10,377 nt of DNA from Fidelibacterota bacterium (GTDB taxonomy: Bacteria; Fidelibacterota; Marinisomatia; Marinisomatales; S15-B10). The notes under the pieces were generated by a model that saw only the letters and a program-made list of their open reading frames with translations, was not told the origin of the DNA and did not search any database. Position numbers and translations under genes: made by a program. Position 1 is the first letter of the stretch. Each line of letters begins with the position of its first letter. Shown one piece after another: positions 1 to 6,925 of this stretch. Where the stretch lies: the NCBI GenBank assembly GCA_002729175.1, contig PBTS01000028.1:42340-52716 (forward strand), given 5' to 3'.

Positions 1-1077
1 CTCGGCGCTCTCGTGGGTGGTGTGGTCGTGTTTCTTGTTTTATCTCAGATGAAGAGTAGCGGTCAAACGTCCAGTGAGGAAATGAAGAACGCCTTTTCTT
101 CCCTTTCTTTCGAAGCACTTGAAAAGTTTAATGCGCTTGCCTCAGAAACATTGAAAAATCAGCTGGAAAAGGGTGAAGCGACCTTAGAGGAAAAAAAGAA
201 GCTTATCGATAGCAATCTGGAGACAGTCTCAAAAACTTTAGAGGAACTGAAAAAGCAGTCAACCGCTCTTGCCACTCAACTGGGTGAAAGCCAGAAAGAG
301 ACAGGCAAACTTCGCTCTACCGCAGAAGACCTCAGGAACGTTCTTTCCAGTTCACAAGCGAGAGGGCAATGGGGAGAGCGGATGGTAAAGGACATTCTGG
401 AGCTTATGGGTCTTGTGGAGAATGTGAATTACGTTTCACAAAAGTCTTTGGAGTCAGGGGAGAAACCGGATTACACATTCAACCTTCCAAAAGACAAAAA
501 ATTGAACATGGATGTCAAATTTCCACTGGCCCATTACGAAAAATACGTCTCCGCAGATAGTGAATCAGAACGTGAGAATGAAAAGAAGGCGTTCTTGAAA
601 GATGTGAAAGGGCATGTAAAGGATGTGGCCGGCCGGGGGTACATTGATCCGGAAGCGGGGACGGTGGACTACGTTCTTGTCTTTATCCCAAATGAGTCCA
701 TCTATTCCTTTCTTCATGAAAATGACCCTGAACTGCTGGATTTTGCTCTCAGCAAGCGGATCATTCTTTGCTCACCTATCACACTTTATGCTGTCCTTTC
801 TCTCATCCATCAAGCAGTGGAAAGTTTTGCCATGGAAAAGGCGGCAGGTGAAGTGTTGTCACTGCTTAAGGAATTCGAAAAACAGTGGCAGCTCTATGTT
901 GAGGTCATGGAAAAAATGGGCCGCCGTATCGATGATGCCAAGAAAGAGTTCGAAAATCTGACTACTACTCGGACCCGCCAACTGGAGCGGTCACTGACCA
1001 AAATTCAGGATCTCAAGCTGGGTCAGGATGGGAGTTCACTTATTGAGGAGACATCTGGAGAAAACAAAGAGAGTTAA
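1..1077 (+). CDS. rmuC: DNA recombination protein RmuC (probably 5'-partial; frame is open from base 1)
   Basis: Frame 1 is open from base 1 (LGALVGGVVVFLVLSQ, the tail of a hydrophobic N-terminal anchor), so the true start is probably upstream of the window rather than GTG at 13. A coiled-coil-like region follows, then the RmuC-type motifs RGQWGE, KPD..MDVKFP, TVDYVLVFIPNESIY and IILCSPITL. TAA at 1075-1077. Confidence 0.92.
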   Translation, partial: LGALVGGVVVFLVLSQMKSSGQTSSEEMKNAFSSLSFEALEKFNALASETLKNQLEKGEATLEEKKKLIDSNLETVSKTLEELKKQSTALATQLGESQKETGKLRSTAEDLRNVLSSSQARGQWGERMVKDILELMGLVENVNYVSQKSLESGEKPDYTFNLPKDKKLNMDVKFPLAHYEKYVSADSESERENEKKAFLKDVKGHVKDVAGRGYIDPEAGTVDYVLVFIPNESIYSFLHENDPELLDFALSKRIILCSPITLYAVLSLIHQAVESFAMEKAAGEVLSLLKEFEKQWQLYVEVMEKMGRRIDDAKKEFENLTTTRTRQLERSLTKIQDLKLGQDGSSLIEETSGENKES

Positions 1078-1098
1078 GACATCTTCCTGAGACGAATT

Positions 1099-2043
1099 TT
1101 GAGATATATTCTGTTCTTCTCAGTTTTTTTATTTTTTACAGCTTTTCAGTTTTCACCTGAATCGTTCCGACCCTACTCTCAGGCTATGGGGGGCTCTGAT
1201 TATTCCTTAGCCATGATACCCATAGAAGGGGATGTTTACCAAATGGGCAGCCCGCCTGATGAACCGGGCAGGAGAACCGATGAGGCCCCCGTCCGGAACG
1301 TGGAAGTCGGTGACTTCTGGATGAGTCAAATGGAAATTTCATGGGATGTCTATGAGCTTTTTCTCTACCGGGAGAATGACAATATTTCTCAATCCAAAGG
1401 GAATGTTGACTTGGAAATAGATGGTATTTCCGGTGCTACTATGCCCTATGTTAACATCAACAAACCGGGCTACCCGGTTGTGAATATCACTCAGTATGCT
1501 GCCTCCCAATTCTGCAAGTGGCTCACGGCCAAGACAGGTTATTACTACCGTCTTCCCACAGAAGCTGAATGGGAGTATGCCTGCCGCGCCGGAACACAAG
1601 GTGCTTATTCATTTACCAAGGATGATCTTTTCCTGGATGATATAGCGTGGTACAAGGGAAACAGTGATGGTCATTACCACAAAAGTGGGCTCAAAAAGCC
1701 CAACGACTTTGGTCTATTCGACATGCATGGAAACGTGGCGGAATGGGTTCTGGATCACTATAATCCTGAGGGTTATTCATCTAACCTGACATTTACAAGG
1801 GGAACGAAACTCTATCCCAAGGTGGTCCGAGGTGGTTCTTTCAAGGATTCGCCGGAAAGACTTCGTTCAGCTGCGAGAGGATTTTCAGAAAAAGCGTGGA
1901 AAAAGCAAGATCCACAATCACCTAAAAGTCTATGGTGGCATACGGATGCTCCCCATATAGGTTTTCGTATCGTAAGGCCAAAATCCGTACCTTTCAGAGA
2001 TCAAATGGAAAAATATTGGATCAAGCCCATAAAGGAATATTGA
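1099..2043 (+). CDS. Exported formylglycine-generating-enzyme (FGE/SUMF1)-fold protein lacking the FGE catalytic cysteines
   Basis: 314 aa, TTG start, hydrophobic N-terminus (MRYILFFSVFLFFTAF). FGE-sulfatase domain motifs are YQMGS, RLPTEAEWEYACR, PNDFGLFDMHGNVAEW, VVRGGSF and GFRIVR. There is no CxxxxC after RGGS. Confidence 0.9.
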   Translation: MRYILFFSVFLFFTAFQFSPESFRPYSQAMGGSDYSLAMIPIEGDVYQMGSPPDEPGRRTDEAPVRNVEVGDFWMSQMEISWDVYELFLYRENDNISQSKGNVDLEIDGISGATMPYVNINKPGYPVVNITQYAASQFCKWLTAKTGYYYRLPTEAEWEYACRAGTQGAYSFTKDDLFLDDIAWYKGNSDGHYHKSGLKKPNDFGLFDMHGNVAEWVLDHYNPEGYSSNLTFTRGTKLYPKVVRGGSFKDSPERLRSAARGFSEKAWKKQDPQSPKSLWWHTDAPHIGFRIVRPKSVPFRDQMEKYWIKPIKEY

Positions 2044-2046
2044 GTT

Positions 2047-3384
2047 ATGAAGAAAAATCCCAAAACCAACCAGATTAACCGGCGAACATTTATTGAACAG
2101 TCAGCCAAATTAGCAGCTGCCGGTATTCTTATGAATCGATTGCCGGCCTCAACACGGAAACAGATTTCTCACGAAGGTGAAATTAAAGTGGCCTTGGTGG
2201 GGTGTGGAGGCCGCGGCACGGGTGCCGCCGCTCAAGCCATCCTGGCGGACGAAGATGTTCGTCTTGTAGCTATAGCCGATGTTTTCGAAGACCAGGCCAC
2301 CCAATGTTACCAGAATCTTATTGATAGATTTGGCGATTCTGGTAAGGTGAAAGCAAGTCCGGAGACCACCTTTATCGGTTTCGATGGCTATAAAGAAGCT
2401 ATTGACATGGCTGATGTGGTTATCCTTACTACGCCTCCAGGCTTCAGGCCACAGCATTTTGAATATGCTGTCGAAAAGAATAAGCAAATCTTCATGGAGA
2501 AACCTGTGGCGACAGACGTGTCAGGTATTAAGCGAGTACTTGAGGCGGGTAAACAGGCTTCCGCAAAAAAACTCAATGTGATTGTAGGACTTCAACGCCA
2601 TTACCAGAAAAACTACCGGGAAGTGAAGAAACTGTTAGACAGAAACAGGATTGGAGAAATTGTTTCTGGCCAAGTCTATTGGAACAGCGGCGGAGTGTGG
2701 GTGAGGCCCAGAAAACCTGAGCAGACCGAACTGGAATATCAGATGCGGAACTGGTACTACTTCAACTGGGTCTGTGGTGACCATATTGTAGAACAGCATA
2801 TCCACAACATCGATGTGGCCAATTGGTTTATCGGTTCTGTGCCAGCCTCTGCCCAGGGAATGGGGGGCCGCGAGGTGAGAAAAGGTCCGGATCACGGCCA
2901 GATTTTCGATCATCATTTTGTGGAATTCACTTATCCTGACGGGCAGGTAATAGCTAGCCAGTGCCGCCACCAGAAAGGGTGCATGAACCGGGTGGAAGAG
3001 GTGTTTCAAGGAACTAAAGGGAATGTTCATGTCCACAGTGGAAATTATGGTTTAGTTACTTCAAGTAAAGGAAGAAATATCTACAAACATCAGGATGAAA
3101 ATGATATTGACCCATATCAACAGGAACACAATGAGCTTTTTGCCGCTATCAAAGCTGGAAAGTACAAGTACAATGATATAGAGAGGGGTGCCCACAGCAC
3201 TATGACTGCTATCCTTGGCCGCATGGCTACCTACTCTGGGCAGGTTATTACTTGGGACGAAGCCATGGCTTCAAATCATAAGCTGGTCCCCGAACTGCAC
3301 TCCTTTAATGATACCGCCCCGATTTTACCGGATGAAAATGGGAACTATCCCGTGCCTGTTCCAGGTAAAACCAGATTCATCTAA
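2047..3384 (+). CDS. Tat-exported Gfo/Idh/MocA-family NAD(P)-dependent oxidoreductase
   Basis: 445 aa with twin-arginine signal NRRTFI (RR codons at 2080-2085), Rossmann motif VALVGCGGRG, FMEKP motif, VGLQRHY, and GDHIVEQHIHNID in the catalytic His region. It starts 3 bp after the upstream stop. Confidence 0.92.
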   Translation: MKKNPKTNQINRRTFIEQSAKLAAAGILMNRLPASTRKQISHEGEIKVALVGCGGRGTGAAAQAILADEDVRLVAIADVFEDQATQCYQNLIDRFGDSGKVKASPETTFIGFDGYKEAIDMADVVILTTPPGFRPQHFEYAVEKNKQIFMEKPVATDVSGIKRVLEAGKQASAKKLNVIVGLQRHYQKNYREVKKLLDRNRIGEIVSGQVYWNSGGVWVRPRKPEQTELEYQMRNWYYFNWVCGDHIVEQHIHNIDVANWFIGSVPASAQGMGGREVRKGPDHGQIFDHHFVEFTYPDGQVIASQCRHQKGCMNRVEEVFQGTKGNVHVHSGNYGLVTSSKGRNIYKHQDENDIDPYQQEHNELFAAIKAGKYKYNDIERGAHSTMTAILGRMATYSGQVITWDEAMASNHKLVPELHSFNDTAPILPDENGNYPVPVPGKTRFI

Positions 3385-3400
3385 ACTGAAGGTAGAGAAG

Positions 3401-4324
<924 letters not shown>

Positions 4325-4354
4325 AGTTTGTTAATCAAATCTTTTTTGACTCTA

Positions 4355-4385
4355 ACAGTAATATTCCAATTGGAAGATAAACTGT
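4355..4385. repeat. Imperfect inverted repeat with a perfect 12-bp palindromic core between convergent genes
   Basis: TTCCAATTGGAA at 4364-4375, flanked by ACAGT (4355-4359) and ACTGT (4381-4385). Confidence 0.45.
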
Positions 4386-4422
4386 CTGTAATAGTCGTGT
4401 AAAGGGTAACTCAATCGCATGT

Positions 4423-5184
4423 TTATTGCATGCGAATACCGCCGTCAAGTCGAATTGTTTCTCCGTTCATATATGAGTTTTGAACAATGGTTGATACCAT
4501 TTCCGCATATTCTGACGGCTTGCCTAGGCGCTTGGGAAAAAGTACCTGGTTGGCAAGGCCTGTAACAACCTCTTCTCCAAGTCCTTGAAAAAGAGGGGTG
4601 TGGAATATTCCTGGTGCAATGGTGCAAACCCGAATTCCATACCAGGCGAGATCCCGTGCAACAGGCAATGTCATGCCCACAATACCACCTTTGGATGCCG
4701 CATACGCGGCTTGCCCTTTTTGCCCTTCAAATGCAGCGACAGATGCGGTATTGATAATTACGCCGCGCTCCTCGTCCTGATTTGGCTCGTTTATTGCCAT
4801 CTGTTCAGCTACAAGTCGTAATACATTGAATGTTCCATTGAGATTGATATCGATCACTTCTTTGAATGTATCCAAGGGATGAGGGCCCTCTTTACCTAAG
4901 GTTTTAACCGGTGGACCAATCCCGGCACAGTTGACCAAAATATGCACAGCTTTAAATTGTTTCATTGTGGTGGTGATACCGGCCTGTACTGAGACATCAT
5001 CCGCTACGTTAACCTCCTGAAATAAGACAGCTTCACCTAGTTCTTCAACAAGAGTGTCTCCCTGTTCCTTATTGAGGTCAAAAATCACTACCTTGTTGTC
5101 CATCTCAACCAGTTTTCGAACCGTTGCTTTACCCAGGCCGGAGGCACCTCCGGTTACAATTGCTATTTTATTTTTTAGTTTCAT
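4423..5184 (-). CDS. Short-chain dehydrogenase, 3-hydroxyacyl-CoA dehydrogenase type II (HSD17B10/HSD10-like)
   Basis: 253 aa with TGGASGLG, NCAG, ERGVIINTASVAAFEGQKGQAAYAASKGG (YxxxK), GMTLPVARDL, TIAPGIF and C-terminal NGETIRLDGGIRM. All are characteristic of the HSD10 subgroup. Confidence 0.93.
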   Translation of the reverse strand: MKLKNKIAIVTGGASGLGKATVRKLVEMDNKVVIFDLNKEQGDTLVEELGEAVLFQEVNVADDVSVQAGITTTMKQFKAVHILVNCAGIGPPVKTLGKEGPHPLDTFKEVIDINLNGTFNVLRLVAEQMAINEPNQDEERGVIINTASVAAFEGQKGQAAYAASKGGIVGMTLPVARDLAWYGIRVCTIAPGIFHTPLFQGLGEEVVTGLANQVLFPKRLGKPSEYAEMVSTIVQNSYMNGETIRLDGGIRMQ

Positions 5185-5237
5185 TTATTCTGATTTCATC
5201 TTTTCATCAGTATGATCAAAATTACCTCGTACTATTG

Positions 5238-5381
5238 ATTTTCCTGTTTCGATTGTTGTAACGGACCTGTTAAATGGCCGTAAGCCGAAAGCAGGAGAAT
5301 GACAGGTAGAATTTTATCCGAATGAAAATCACCATCAAGGATAAAAAGATTCGTAATTTCCGCAGTCGGCGATCTGGGAAA
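5238..5381 (+). other. Candidate structured RNA leader / multi-stem inverted-repeat element
   Basis: Hand-derived stems are 5238-5251/5286-5300 (14 bp, one bulge, one G-U), 5265-5272/5300-5307 (8 bp, one G-U), 5312-5319/5339-5346 (perfect 8 bp) and 5357-5367/5371-5381 (10 bp, two bulges). I do not recognise a known family. Confidence 0.3.
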
Positions 5382-5413
5382 AAGTTTTGAGTGGGGATAC
5401 AACTGAAAACAAC

Positions 5414-5419
5414 AAGGAG
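5414..5419 (+). promoter_or_regulatory. Shine-Dalgarno site of the S10 peptidase
   Basis: AAGGAG lies 6 nt before ATG 5426 (3 nt before ATG 5423). Confidence 0.7.
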
Positions 5420-5425
5420 TACATG

Positions 5426-6913
5426 ATGAAAAAGTCATTACTAATGATCTTGGCTATCGTTACAAGTTCTTTTATTTATGGCAAGGATCGTTCTTTACCA
5501 CCGGACACCACCATCGTTTCTTCACACAGTATCACGGTGAAGGGTGATCGTTTCAACTATAAAGCAACTACCGGCACTCAACCCGTCTGGGATGAGAATG
5601 GGAAGCCTGTTGCGTATTGCCACTACACATACTATGAGAGGTCAAATGTTAAAGATCGCGCTTCCCGGCCGCTGATGATCTCTTTTAACGGCGGCCCCGG
5701 TTCGGGCTCAGTCTGGATGCACTTGGCCTACACAGGTCCTACGATCCTTAAAATTGATGATGAGGGTTATCCAGTTCAGCCCTATGGCGTGAGAGAGAAT
5801 CCCTATTCGGTACTGGATGTTGCCGATATTGTCTACGTGAATCCTGTGAATACAGGTTATTCAAGAATCGTAGATGAAGAGGTGAAAAGAGAGAAATTTT
5901 TCGGTGTGAATAGTGATATTGAGTATCTGGCGGAGTGGATTAATACCTTTGTTCAGCGTTATAATAGGTGGGAGTCACCCAAGTATCTTATCGGGGAAAG
6001 TTACGGTACCACTAGGGTCTCCGGTCTTTCGCTGGCACTGCAGGGTCGTCAGTGGATGTATTTGAACGGAGTTATACTGGTTTCCCCAACAGGGCTGGGC
6101 ATTGATGGCTCTATCGGAAGAAGCGGACCTGTAGGCGCCGCCCTCAAAGTCCCCTACTTTACTGCCGCTGCGTGGTACCACAAGAAACTTCCTCCGGACT
6201 TGCAGCAACAGGATCTGGCGAAAATTCTCCCGGAAGTGGAAGATTATGCCGTCAACGAATTGATCGCCGTCATTGCCAAGGGAGGTTTTGTTCAGGAGAA
6301 CGATAGGAAGGAAGCGGCCAGGAAGATGGCCCGCTATTCCGGGATTTCAGAAAAAGTCATTCTCCAACACAATCTGGACATTCCTACTTCCTTTTTCTGG
6401 AAAGAACTTTTGAGGGAAGAAGGGTATACGGTGGGCAGACTCGATTCCCGCTACAGGGGGATAGACAAGGCAGATGCTGGGGAGAGTCCCGATTTCAATT
6501 CAGAGCTCACTTCCTGGCTCCACTCCTTTACTCCCGCTATTAACTATTATTTCAAGAACATTCTGAAGTTTGAGACAGATGTGAAGTATAACATGTTCGG
6601 TTCCGTCCATCCGTGGGACTGGGATAAAGATAATACGGGAGAAAATCTTAGACAGGCAATGGCACAGAATCCTTATCTACACACTATGATTCAGTCAGGC
6701 TACTATGACGGTGCCACCCGGTACTTTGATGCCAAATATACTATGTGGCGGCTGGATCCCAGCGGCAGGATGAAGGCGCGCCTTAGCTTTAAGGGGTACC
6801 GAAGTGGACACATGATGTATCTGCGTCGGGAAGATCTTGAAACATCAAATGAGGACATCAGGGAATTCATTCAAAAAACGATCCCAGGCAAGAATGTACC
6901 GGCAAAGTATTAG
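5426..6913 (+). CDS. Secreted serine carboxypeptidase, family S10
   Basis: Start reassigned from TTG 5387 to ATG 5426 (5423 also possible) on the basis of the SD and signal peptide MKKSLLMILAIVTSSFIYG. Motifs are FNGGPGSGS, VNPVNTGYS, GESYG (catalytic Ser), GYYDGAT (Asp) and SGHMMY (His). Confidence 0.93.
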   Translation: MKKSLLMILAIVTSSFIYGKDRSLPPDTTIVSSHSITVKGDRFNYKATTGTQPVWDENGKPVAYCHYTYYERSNVKDRASRPLMISFNGGPGSGSVWMHLAYTGPTILKIDDEGYPVQPYGVRENPYSVLDVADIVYVNPVNTGYSRIVDEEVKREKFFGVNSDIEYLAEWINTFVQRYNRWESPKYLIGESYGTTRVSGLSLALQGRQWMYLNGVILVSPTGLGIDGSIGRSGPVGAALKVPYFTAAAWYHKKLPPDLQQQDLAKILPEVEDYAVNELIAVIAKGGFVQENDRKEAARKMARYSGISEKVILQHNLDIPTSFFWKELLREEGYTVGRLDSRYRGIDKADAGESPDFNSELTSWLHSFTPAINYYFKNILKFETDVKYNMFGSVHPWDWDKDNTGENLRQAMAQNPYLHTMIQSGYYDGATRYFDAKYTMWRLDPSGRMKARLSFKGYRSGHMMYLRREDLETSNEDIREFIQKTIPGKNVPAKY

Positions 6914-6925
6914 GCGAGGTTTTCT

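Noticed and set aside
1049..1084. 8-bp direct repeat AGACATCT (1049-1056, 1077-1084) at the rmuC end, plus AGAGTT at both cassette ends (1070-1075, 4323-4328), as possible insertion scars
   Set aside because: These are too short to exceed chance, and there is no integrase, transposase or terminal inverted repeat.
3215..3400. 62-aa N-terminal extension of the TIM-barrel ORF in the ORF track
   Set aside because: It overlaps the Gfo/Idh/MocA gene by 170 bp out of frame and would bury the Tat motif. ATG 3401 is the better start.
5267..5291. Resemblance to a hammerhead ribozyme (CTG...GGCCGTAAGCCGAAA)
   Set aside because: The essential CUGANGA core is absent (reads CUGUUAAAU), and I could not build stems I/III with a cleavage triplet.
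5387..5425. TTG start giving a 508-aa S10 peptidase
   Set aside because: The AAGGAG SD and the signal peptide point to ATG 5426 (or 5423).
5232..5438. 68-aa minus-strand ORF in the divergent spacer
   Set aside because: It has no recognisable motif or SD and overlaps the S10 start and RBS. It is probably spurious.
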